A stretch of 64,000 nt of DNA from the human T2T-CHM13v2.0 reference genome, Homo sapiens. Position numbers and translations under genes: made by a program. The notes beneath the pieces were generated by a model, which was given only the letters and a program-made list of their open reading frames with translations, did not search any database and was not told the DNA's origin. Each line of letters opens with the position of its first letter. The stretch's first letter is position 1. This document shows positions 1-10,679 of the stretch, one piece after another. The DNA lies in NCBI RefSeq assembly GCF_009914755.1, contig NC_060944.1. One strand, given 5' to 3'.

Positions 1-197
1 AAGCAAACTTTGGTGCGAGCCACAGTGCATCACTTTCCTTGCAAATGTTCACTGACAGCAGCACGGTGGAAAGCATCTCGCTCCAGTGTGCGTGCAGCCT
101 GAAAGCCATGATCATGTGCCAAGGCTGCGGTGCGTTCTGTCACGATGACTGTATTGGACCCTCAAAGCTCTGTGTATTGTGCCTTGTGGTGAGATAA
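1..197 (+). CDS. ASXL1: ASXL1 last coding exon, 3' end (atypical PHD finger); partial, runs in from the left edge
   Basis: Frame from base 3 reads [64 protein letters not shown], then TAA at 195-197 and a second TAA. This is the recognisable ASXL-family PHD C-terminus. Confidence 0.97.
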
Positions 198-2180
198 TAA
201 ATTATGGCCATGGGAAACGTTGTATATTTAGTGTGTGTATTTTGATAATGATTGATCTTAAATCTGTATACAGAATATCATTGATACAATACTCTTTAGG
301 CAGGAGCACTCTTGCCTTCCCCCAAAATTTACACTGCTAAAGCCCTCTGTCACTTGGCGACCCTTCTGGTCTTGCTGGAGGGGTTTCCTGGGTATAACCC
401 ATTGGGCTGCCCAAGGCCAGCCAGCCTGAGCTCTCCTGCAAGACAGAGCCTGATGTGGCACGGAGTGGGGTTGCGGGGGGTGGGGGGACTGCCTGACTCC
501 CAGAGGGACTTGAAACTGAAGCAAGAAGGTTGCATTCTCCACCAAGGGAGTTAACCTACCTGAACTAAGTAGAAATGCCAGTCTTCCACTGCCCCCTCCC
601 TGCCATCTTTTCTTCTGCTACTTTGGGGAGTTGATGGCCAGGAAAGAAGCCAGCACAGGGTTAAAGTAACTCCTGGCATTGCCCACCAGGGGGCTGGTGC
701 ACCTGCTGACCTCAGGGTCACAGTTGAGTCATTTGCCAGTTGACGGAGCAAGTTTGACCTTGGTTCTGTTGCTGAAGCAAATTTGGAACTTTTCTGTCTC
801 AGTGTGATCCACTAACCCACAGGATCATTTGGAACCTTGAATAGCTCTGCTTGGACAATGGGGTTGGGGAATAGGGTTGTCTTTCCTATGAAAATGCCAT
901 CTGTAGACCTTGTGAGTCAGCCGTCCAGATGTTTGCAGGTGAATTCCTCTGCTTGACATCCTCCCTGTCACTTTGGACCCTATGGGAGTGGGCATCTCCA
1001 CGCACCTGTGTATGTGAAAGTCATTTTACATTTCAAAGCAGTGTGTGTTTCTTATTTTTATATTTTTAACTCTTTATTCTTGGATGTATAAAGTGAACTT
1101 TTTGGCTTCTGTAAGTATGCTCTATGCACCTCTAATGTTTTATCATGTATTTATATGTTGTACACAGTACTGGCTGATTCTGTAAATGGATGTATTGTAC
1201 AGAGAACATGAACGTCTCTTCCTAATTTTACATCTTCAGCATCATTGCATTAAAGTGGTGTAATCTCCTTCTCTACATCTGTTGTCAGAGCCACTGAGTG
1301 CTGTGCTGCTCGACGTGAGGGTGAAATGATTGACTTGTGACCTGCCAGGTTGCCCGATGCCCTGTTGGGTCACCGGCTGGACCTGCTGCAGCCTGCAGAG
1401 CCACAGTCAGCCTGCCCACATGCCACCGAGCAAACGCATCTTGCTTTTCACATCTCTCCTCCTACAGCCTTAATGGCTGCTTGCTGCCATATGTGACAAA
1501 TCACCACCACCAGTGTTAAGTGCTTCTGGATTCATGGGTGAGTTCCCTGGGCAGCCCCCAGGAAGGCCTTCCAGATCTGGCTCCAGGGTCACCACCTGTC
1601 ACAGCAATACCTGGGACCATGCTCTCCTGGGACTGTGAGGCTCCTTTTGACGTACTTTTGACATCAGGCAGGTTTGGGAAGAAACAAAGCCATGCCTGCT
1701 CCTGCCTCTCTCCCAACATGTTTCCAGCAAGTAGATGCCCCTGTGTGTGTTTTCCCTTGCCTTGTTTCCTGCCTTATATCTTGTATTTCGACTTATTACA
1801 GAGTTGAGGGTTCTTGCTTAATTTAGATCAAGTATAAAATTTGTATGACTTCAAGTCTCATTTTATCTGAAAGGTTTTTTTCTCATTTAATCTGATGTGG
1901 CATTTTCGTCATCTGAAGCATGAGTGACAAGTTGGGAATGATGTGGTGATTTAGAATGCAGTATTGGCCAAGTCCAAGTTGTCAACTTAAGCGTCTGTTT
2001 ACCAAAGACCGGGAACAGGGGCCCAAACATGTCCAGTCCTCTTCTTCCCTCTGCTGGAACCTTTGGGGACACTCAAGGGTACAGTTTGACACTGATCTGG
2101 TCCATGAGGCTGCCCAGAGAAAGCACTGCTTCTGTATGTCTCTTGTGGTATTGGAACAATAAACCCGTACAACCTGCAGT
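198..2180 (+). other. ASXL1: ASXL1 3'UTR
   Basis: Follows the stop codon. U/UG-rich blocks at 1020-1260. Ends just after AATAAA at 2158. The cleavage position is approximate. Confidence 0.85.
2158..2163 (+). terminator. ASXL1: ASXL1 polyadenylation signal AATAAA
   Basis: AATAAA, then CA ~15 nt later and a GT-rich downstream element (gttgtggtct). A weaker ATTAAA lies at 1249-1254. Confidence 0.85.
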
Positions 2181-3099
2181 TGTGGTCTCAGTCATCTGTG
2201 GCTGCCTCGCTGGTGTGGGAAGGTCAGCTGGAGTGCTGAGCTGGAAGGGAAGGAGTAGACGCCAGCTCTCCTCACCTTGGCTCTGGAGCTACTCTTCTTA
2301 TACTTGGAGCTCTTCTTTTGGGAGGTTAGTCCAAAAGGAATGACTTGGCAGCTTCACTGGTCTTTAGCCATTCATGACTTGGCGGACTTCACCACATAGA
2401 CTGCAGTCAGCGTTCTACTGAGAGCAATGAGAATGTTTCCCCTTGGGAGTGCGAGTCACAAACTGTGACATCCCTCTGCAGCAACTCATCCAAACAGCTT
2501 CACTGAGGTTGAGGTTGCCAAGTGGCTTCCTAATGGTTAGTGGTCTTCTGTGGGAGGGTGACTAGCTCTGACCTTGGAAAACCTTAACCACAAGCACCTC
2601 TTTCTGTAGCCTCTGGTGGCAGTGAGAGGAAGGTGCTGGCCCAGGGTGGGGTGTCTGATGCTAGTTGCGTGAGCCTGAGTAGACGACGTGCTTCAGGGAT
2701 TGACTTCTTGAGAAGTCCTCAGACGTCTCTAGAGTACGTAAATACATTGACTTTGTGCTTATCAGAAATAATTTTATTAGTATATAAATAAGCCAAAACA
2801 GCAAAATGATGGGAGTTTAAACATATATTCATTAATTTTTTCCTGTGAATTGGAGGAAAAACTTTGTGGTGGGATATCCTTTGGGGAGTTCAAGCTGCCA
2901 TTTTGTATTGCTGCCGTTTGATCGACATGCAGTTTTGAGAATTGATGGTTCGGAGGCCCTGTAGTGACTGAGCAACTGCCTGCTGTTGGTGATATGTCCT
3001 TGTGTCACAGAATCCATTTGCCCACTTATGTCTGCAGGAGCTCAGAATGCATTACGGTCCCAGACTGGGACCTTCCAATGCCTGTTGCCTCTCCTCAGG

Positions 3100-3275
3100 G
3101 AGGCAGAATGGTGTAGTGAGTTCCTAGAGTATAGCCTCTGCGACGTGCCAGCTCTGTGTTCTTGGGCCATGTTATTTAACCAAGCTGCCAACTCTCATAT
3201 ATGAATGGGTGTAATAGTTCTTACTTCATGAGGTTGTTAGTGCCTGCCACCTAGGACATAATGACTATTAGTTCA
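3100..3275 (+). mobile_element. MIR remnant
   Basis: MIR-core-like motifs (ccagctctgtgttcttgggccatgttatttaacc ... aatagttcttacttcatgaggttgtt). Confidence 0.55.
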
Positions 3276-4002
3276 CAGCAGGCCAAGGCAATAATTGTTA
3301 GGTGAACTTATAGTAGAAATCTATACAGCTACTGCCAGCTACTTCACTCTTGCTCCAGAAAGGAGCTGTCAGGATGTAGGCCTTGTGCCCACTGCGCTGA
3401 GGGGTGATGCAGGCTGTGAAGTCACTTTGGACCCTGGCTTTTGGTCTCAGGCCACAGACCTGACCAAAGGTTGAGTGTAGTCCTGAGTTTAGACTGAATA
3501 TTTGGTCAGGAAGGCTTATTTTGCTCATGGTCCAAAGGACAAGGGAAATAATGTTTCAGAATATAGGAAGAATGGTACTGGCCTGGCAAGGTGTCATTTA
3601 TTTGCTATCCAGCCTGCTGTAAGACTGTGTTAGAGTGTGTGTGGGTATGTGTGCATGCTAAATAGAGCTGCCTGCATCCATCAGGGGTCTTGATGGCCAA
3701 AGCATCTGCCTGCCCTGTCTCCCTGAGAGGAGGGGACCCAGGCTGTGTTGCCCTCGTGTGGGTGTTGTTTGAAGCCATGGAAGTGGCAGGATGTGGAACT
3801 TTGGAGATTGCTCCAAAATTGGACAACACCCCTATGCTTCCTCTTGTCTCTGGTCAATTTGAAAGCCTAGAATGAACATCTCTACCGTAAGCCATAGACG
3901 AACGCCCTGTGAGAACAACAGTTGTCAGTGCTGTGTTACCTGATATGGGTGGGTCTTAACCTTTTTTTGGGAACTCTCCCCCCATGGAATGCACATACAA
4001 AG

Positions 4003-4255
4003 TTTTTTGGGGTTTTTTTGCAGACTCTCACTCTCTTCAGGCTGGAGTGCAGTGGCGTGATCATAGCTCACTGTAGCCTTGAACTCCTGAGCTCCAGTGG
4101 TCCTTCCACCTCATCCTCCCAAGTAGCTCAGGCTACAGGCACGTGCCACCATGCCCAGCTAATATTAAAATTTTTTGTAGAGACTGTTGCCCAGACTAGT
4201 CTTGAACTCCAGGCCTCAAGCGATCTTCCCGATCTTCCCGCCAGCACACCTGGCC
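4003..4255 (-). mobile_element. Alu (old, AluJ-like)
   Basis: Antisense Alu sequence with a flanking acaaagtttt duplication. Confidence 0.85.
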
Positions 4256-5052
4256 TCACAAAGTTTTGCATACTGTGTCAGGATTTACCAGCTCCTTAGG
4301 CAGCTGGGGCCCTTTGTTTAAGAACCACTGGCTGAGAATAAACCTAATAAAATCTGTGTTTATACAAAAGATCAATTAAGGGAAGATAGGATTTTGCAGA
4401 GATTCTTCTTGCAAAGAAATGTAACTACTAAGCTTCCCTAGTGCATTTTAAGTTGGAAAAATAGCATATGCATGTTTTCCTATTTTTCATAAAGGGAGGT
4501 TTGCCTGTTTTGTCATTGAATACATTTTAGTTCACTCTTCTGAGGGGACATTCCCATTTGATGAAGTCTTTTATCCACTGTTAACAACAGTGGTGCGGAG
4601 CCCCCAAAGGAGCCAGACTAGAATAAGGGAGCACTTTTCTGCCCTCAGGCAATTTCTCCTGGGAATCTCACTGCTCTGGTGGACTGCAGTATTTCCTGTG
4701 GAAGGAGGTAAGTGTTTGCAGGGCTGGCCAGCAGGCCAGCGGGGTCCATGTTCTGGAGCTGTTGTCACAGGTTGTGGGTTTCTAATAGTCTTAATAGTTT
4801 GAGGAGTCTCAGTGGTGATCATTTGAGGCAGGAGAAGGAATTTCCGTGGTATTAACTGAGGATTTGCTGCCCCTCAGCAAAAGGAAAGCGGCAAGGGAGG
4901 TGTCAAGGGCCATCGTCTTCTGGCTCTCAGTGAGTCTCAGCCCCAAAGTCATGCCCTTCTCCATTTTATGTATTTGGCTACTGCACAGACTTTCTATGAG
5001 AAAAAGGATTCTTATGTTATTTAAAAATCAAGGTTTTAATAACTGCCATAAA

Positions 5053-5205
5053 TGTGTATACATATATATGTATATATGTATGTGTGTATATATGTGTATA
5101 TGTATGTGTATATATGTGTATATGTATGTGTATATATGTGTGTATGTATGTATATATATGTGTATATATGTATGTATATATGTGTGTGTATATATACACA
5201 CACAC
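5053..5205. repeat. Compound (TATG/TA/TG)n microsatellite
   Basis: About 150 bp of alternating purine-pyrimidine, directly visible. Confidence 0.95.
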
Positions 5206-5928
5206 GGAATTTTAGCAAATGTATGCTTTTAACATGCCTAAAGTTGTTTTTAAATCCATGATCATGTTGGTTCCCAGCCATATTCCTACCATTTTTCCTT
5301 AAAGCTTAACCTAAACCATATATATAGGATGAAAAAAAATTAGCACAAATAAGTATCTTTGGGAAAAGCAGCCCTTTTGTTTCCTTCAAGGTGGGATCCA
5401 GGGTTTTGCATAGAATGGAATGTGCAGCACTGAAGGTTCAGAACCAGGGATCATGTTTGCTCAGTTTTCCAAACTAGCACTTAGGGATTGTTATGGGAAT
5501 TTGGTTTCAGTCAGTTGGCCATGTGCTAGGGTGAGAGGTTGTGGAAAAGCTACAAGTTTTTTGCTGGTCACTGAATTTCAGCAAGGCGTGTACCCCGTGT
5601 GCCTCTGTGTCTGCACATGGCGGGTAAGGGAACTGAGATTTAAAACAGTGCATGAGAGTTCTGCCTGTGCTCAGCAACTGAAGGGCACCTGGGAAAGGTT
5701 CATTTCCTTCCCTTTCTAACAGATGAGGTGCTGGAATTACAGGTTTATTTGTTCTAGAAAATGTACTGAGGACCTTCTGTGTGCCATACTATTGGCTAGG
5801 AAAAGGTGGAATCTACTAGTAGAAAGATGTTTCGGTGCCCAACTAGATGAGGAAGGATGAGAAGTGGCAGGCGGTGCTGCTGTTGATAGGACACAGTGGA
5901 AGCAGAGCATTCGGTTTGTTGTTCAGTG

Positions 5929-5934
5929 TTTATT
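5929..5934 (-). terminator. NOL4L: NOL4L polyadenylation signal (AATAAA on - strand)
   Basis: tttatt at 5929-5934 at the distal end of the UTR-like region downstream of the NOL4L stop. Confidence 0.7.
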
Positions 5935-8900
5935 AAGTAGATTCAGTCTTATATATGATATACAGATTCAAAAGGAAAAGGATTCCACATACTTATGAAA
6001 TCAGTGCATTTAGCAAGTAATACCATGGAGATAACAGCTCGATTAACAGCTCATTGGTCTTTTGTTAAGTGAGGGAGAGAGGGAGTCGGCCTGTGCTAGT
6101 CATTCCACAAACAAAACAGAATTTAGTCACATCACGTAGAGAAGACACATTCTAAGAATTAAAATATTAAGCCACATTTACTGGTAAAACTCACTATATA
6201 GAACACAAATAATTTTTATAGAGAGCATTGAGGAGGAAGTCCTCACCTGCTTAGAAGAGCCACGTTAAGTTGCATAGGTGCATATCTGTAAAAATATAAT
6301 TTAGAGGTGAAGCCATTAATAGAGTCACCTTTAAAAGTTGGTGCCATCCACTGTTTGCCTTAAGTGCTTACTATCTGGAGCCCTGTGCCCCTCCCCGGAG
6401 GTGGGACCTCATGAAGGAGCTGCCCCCAGAGGAACCCTGAAGAAATGGCTTGTACTATCTGCACTGAAAGTCTTAAATCTCATCTCAGATATGGAACTCA
6501 TGCTCTTCCAAAACATGTCTAAATTATGCCAGAGGACTAAAGACCTCTTGGGTTGTCCCTAAATCCTGGATGGCTTGATCCTGAAGGCAACATGAGTCAT
6601 TCTGACCTTCCCACTCCCAGGCTGCCCAGGGAAGAACTACATTCATCCCACAGCTCTGCAGCAAAGTCCTGCCTTCCCTTTTCCTCTGTCCATGCAGTTA
6701 CCCACCAGCAGCCAATAAGAGGTCTCTCTTCTGACTCCTGCTCCTAAATGGACCACATAATTGAGGCATATGGGCCATCTACCAGGTGGAAAGTGTTTTT
6801 CAGCCAATCTGAGTTCTACGTGGTATAGGTTTTTTGTTGTATTTTTAGGTGGAAACGTAGGTAAAAAGTGAGAGGTTTTTGTTTGTGGCTTTGCTAAGCA
6901 GATGAGCTTAGTGAGGTGCATCTTCCTCCTCAAGAGCAAGTCTTGCAGAACACACAGGGACTGGGGGCATCTGTACATGTAAACAGTACACTTTCACTGA
7001 GTCCAAAATTAGGAGCAAAAATACAAAGGTTCACATTGGTCTTAGGTAGATACAGGCGAAAAAGGATTGAGCTGTTTAGCTCAGAAACAACAAAAACAAA
7101 GTTTCTAAAGCACCACTAAATTATATAAAAATCAGACCATGGACGGATTGAAACTGGTATTCTGGTGAAATACTTTACTATTTTGTAAAAAGTTTTACAA
7201 AAAATTACAAATTAAAAGTATCAACCCTCTGAGTTCAAAGCAGCATTTTGAAAATGAACTGGTAGTTAATCCTGTAACCACCCTTAGAGTTGTAAGTGGC
7301 CCTTGGGAATAGGGATGGATGGGTTCCACCTGTTTGAAATCCTCGAAAACCCTCCTAACTCCCTGCCTGTCCCCCTCCCCGTCAGCACTGTCCTTGGGAA
7401 TAAACTGTCCTTTGTAAGAGTGGTGACGGTAAAATGAATTTCAGATGGGTTACACACACTATCACTTGTCTACCTGATGATCCACCACTAAGACCAATGC
7501 CCACTTCTCTGATGCTACCCTTCTTGTGGGATTAGCCTCCTGCAAAGACTCTGGAATTGGAGTATCCTACTCTTGCATTTCCTTTTTAACTTAGGATCCC
7601 AAATGATCACTTTGTGCCCTGAGGCCCTTCAGAAGATTTTTAAATGGCTGTGGGACAAGGGCTTTGGGAGCTCCTTTTGGGAGAAGGCAGTCCCTCTGGT
7701 GAGGGTGAGACAGCAGTGAGCTTAGTTCATCAGAACCAGCTCTTTGGTGCCCTCCAAGTCGGGAGTAGGGGGAAGGGGTTGAAGCTGCATCTTTTAAAAC
7801 AAAAGCAAAACAACAAGTTCCCTGACTGAGCCAGCTAAATGGAATCCTGTTTCCATGCAGAAACTTGCTCCTGATTCTGCCATCTCTAGGGCTTCAGGTG
7901 TAGTTTCACTGGAAAGGAGGAGCCCACCCAAGAGGTGGGGTCGACATGATGAAATCCATTGTCCTGGAGGGGCCTGGGAGGCCCAATGGACTTTAACAAC
8001 ATATTCTTTCCTTTCTCTTGAAAACACATTGAACCTACGCTCTTGCCGCAGTACTAAGGCAGGCTGGAGGGTGGTCAGTTCCAACAGCTTGAACTCAGAA
8101 AAACATGACTTCAAACTGTAGCTTATGCTGATCTTTAGATCTAATCCTTGTGTGGGTAGGGGGAGGGAGCCCCTTCCCCAGTCTTTCTCACTCCTGTCTG
8201 CCAAGAAATGCAAACGGTTCATGTCTAGCTTGGGTACTGCCTCTGGGAGGAGAAGTGACACGTTAAGTAACTGATACCAGGAATTCTAGGGTGGCGATTG
8301 TCTCTGCCAGGTTTTAACATTAAGATTTTCACAAATAATTGCCTGGGGTAACATTTTTGCAAAAGATCTTACTGATTACTTTGTAGTATTGTTCACACAC
8401 AAAAATAAATATTTACACGAATTCAAATGTTGAGTAGTACTGAGCAGGTGGGGCCAGATGTGTGGATGGCTGGGGTGTGGGAGAGGCCTTGGGCACTGGA
8501 GGTTGTGCTGTGCTAAGGGTGAGTCTCAGGTGTCCTGGCCCTGACCAGAGGCCTGGGGATTGGTCAGATGGAAGGCAGAGGTGGTGTGGCTGGATGGGGT
8601 ATTGGAGGCCACTTGAGAGATAACAACCACCCCCAACCTCTAGGGGCCGGAAGTAAGCACGGGGTGGGCACCCTACCTTTCAGAGTTCTGGACCTGAGGC
8701 AGGATGGGGCATCCTCACTGGTGCCCCCCCCATCCCTCCTTGGGGGGAGTCTGCCACAGTGCCGGGAGGCAGTGGCCACAGCTGCAACAGGCAATTGGCT
8801 GCAGAAAAGCTGGTTTGGGAAGGGGTGCCTGTTCTGGGAGCGAGTGGCTCTCCGTGGCCATCCTAGGATCCACTCGGCCCTGGCTCCCCTGGGGCCTCTC

Positions 8901-10260
8901 TGCTCTGAGGGAGGAAAGGCAACAGAGGGCTTCTGCCAGCTCTGGGCAGGGGCGGGCAGCAGAGAGCTGCTGTCATGGCTACGGAGTGTTGCACGGAGAG
9001 GCCCTGGGGGCCTGCTGAGGTCTGGGCGAGTCCCTGGTTTAGCAGCACTGGTAGGTATTGCACTGAGCAAGAGGAAGTGCCTATCAATCAATCAATCAAT
9101 CAGGGAGGAAGGAAACCAGGCCAGCTTTTTCTTTTTGCCCTTTTTCACACTCCAGGGATTATGGGTTTCTTCCAGGACCGGCCCCTCCGGAAGGGCTGGT
9201 CTTAGGAGAACCCAAGTGGCTCCTCCACTTCCACTGATCCCTTTACTCCAAACATGGCGCAAGGGGATGGGAGCTGCAGCCCGCCCTGGAGCTCACGGCT
9301 GCCTGATAGCCGGGGCTCACCCTGAAGAAGTGGCCCCTCTTGGCAGGAGTGAGTCTGAGGGGCCAGGCCTGTGCACAGAAGTTCAGACCTGGCTCCTGGG
9401 CAGCGGGGTGTGAGGGCAAGGGCCCTGCCAACCGGCTGCCATCTCCCAGCAGTCCGTCCTGTCAAGCAGCTGAGGGCCAGAGCTGGAGGGCTGCAGTGGC
9501 TGGTTAGGGACAGGACGCTCTCTGGGTTCCAGCTCCTGGACACCCAGTCTGGACTTACTTACCTCCCAGGCAGACACATTGTGTGGGGGAGTTGGGGTTA
9601 CAGCTGTTCAGAACAGGCTCAGGGCACATCCTGGAAAAAGCCCACGCTGGAGTGTGAGGTAGAATACAGGTGACCATGGACTGGGGCTTCTGTAGAATGG
9701 GGTCGGGGTGCCTCTTTTGTTTTGCTTTGCCATGGGTGTGGGTGAGGTCCTCCTGCTTGGCGTTGCCTAGGGAGGTGCCTGGTGGTGTCCCTGTGGCAGC
9801 ACTGGGATCTGCAACAGGATGGCCTGGCCAAGGGCTAGCGGCCACAGGGTGCACCAGGCATGCAGAGGAACAGCCAGCCTGGCACCTGTCCTGCCCCTAC
9901 TGGCCCCAGCCCACATCAGTGTAGTGATATGGAATGTTAGGTATGGGGATACATCCTTCTGATCAGACAGACACAGACTAGCAATCTGTACAAACACAAA
10001 AGAATCCATTTTCAGAAAAATAAATTACTAAGGGGAGAGGAAGAAAGGGTCCACTTTGCTTTTCTCAATAAATATGCAATTCTGCTCACCTAAGACTTGA
10101 AAGGTAATTATCTGGGGGTGGGATTCTAACATCAGGGTCCACGAAGGTGATTCTAAACAGAGCTGCAGCCCCAGCGCCTTGTCAGGGGAGCCCCCAACCC
10201 TTCCAGAGCTGCCCCGTTGGCCTCTTCCAAGCAGGTCAGAGCACCCGTGTGGTGAGATTC

Positions 10261-10261
<1 letters not shown>

Positions 10262-10292
<31 letters not shown>
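10262..10292. repeat. A31 homopolymer (U31 in NOL4L mRNA)
   Basis: 31 consecutive A with no adjacent Alu body. Confidence 0.95.
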
Positions 10293-10294
<2 letters not shown>

Positions 10295-10458
10295 GTCCTT
10301 GTGCCCAAAGTCTCAGGTGCTTGGAGTGTGGCTAGAAACAGCTCTTTTGGATCCCACCTCTTTCAAAAACAAAATGTACCAACTGGTGAGGCAGGAAGCC
10401 AGGTCCAGGCTGGGACAGCCTCCTTCCCTAGGGCAGTGCGCTCCAGGTGCCGGTGGGG

Positions 10459-10679
10459 TCAGTTCTGCTGTAGGATGAGGTTTTCCAGTTCATCTGCAGA
10501 GCGCAGCAGGAAGGCAGCAGACTCCCGGTAGCCCGCGATGAGCTGCCGCACGGCGCTGATCTCCGTGGGGCTGAGCTGAGCGGTGGGCACGGGCCTGCTG
10601 GTGCTGGTGCTGGAGGGGGTGGGCGTGGGGGTGGTGGAGGTGGTAGAGGCCCCGCCTTTCATGCTGAGGTCCGTGGGCC
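10459..10679 (-). CDS. NOL4L: NOL4L terminal coding exon: (G)PTDLSMKGG...[24 protein letters not shown]
   Basis: Acceptor ctctccacag|GG at 10680, phase 1, matching the upstream exon. TGA at 10459-10461. NOL4-family C-terminus. Confidence 0.95.

Larger units (their letters stand above)
5910..10458 (-). other. NOL4L: NOL4L 3'UTR (~4.5 kb)
   Basis: Lies between the TGA at 10459 and the poly(A) signal at 5929. Alu-free, with U-rich tracts on the mRNA strand and several miRNA seed matches. Confidence 0.8.

Noticed and set aside
5744-5749. Second - strand AATAAA beyond the NOL4L 3' end
   Set aside because: It lies next to an L2-like remnant and cannot be distinguished from chance without 3'-end data.
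8564-9413. 281-aa and 175-aa ORFs in the NOL4L 3'UTR
   Set aside because: No recognisable domain; low-information GC-rich translation crossing an (ATCA)n repeat.
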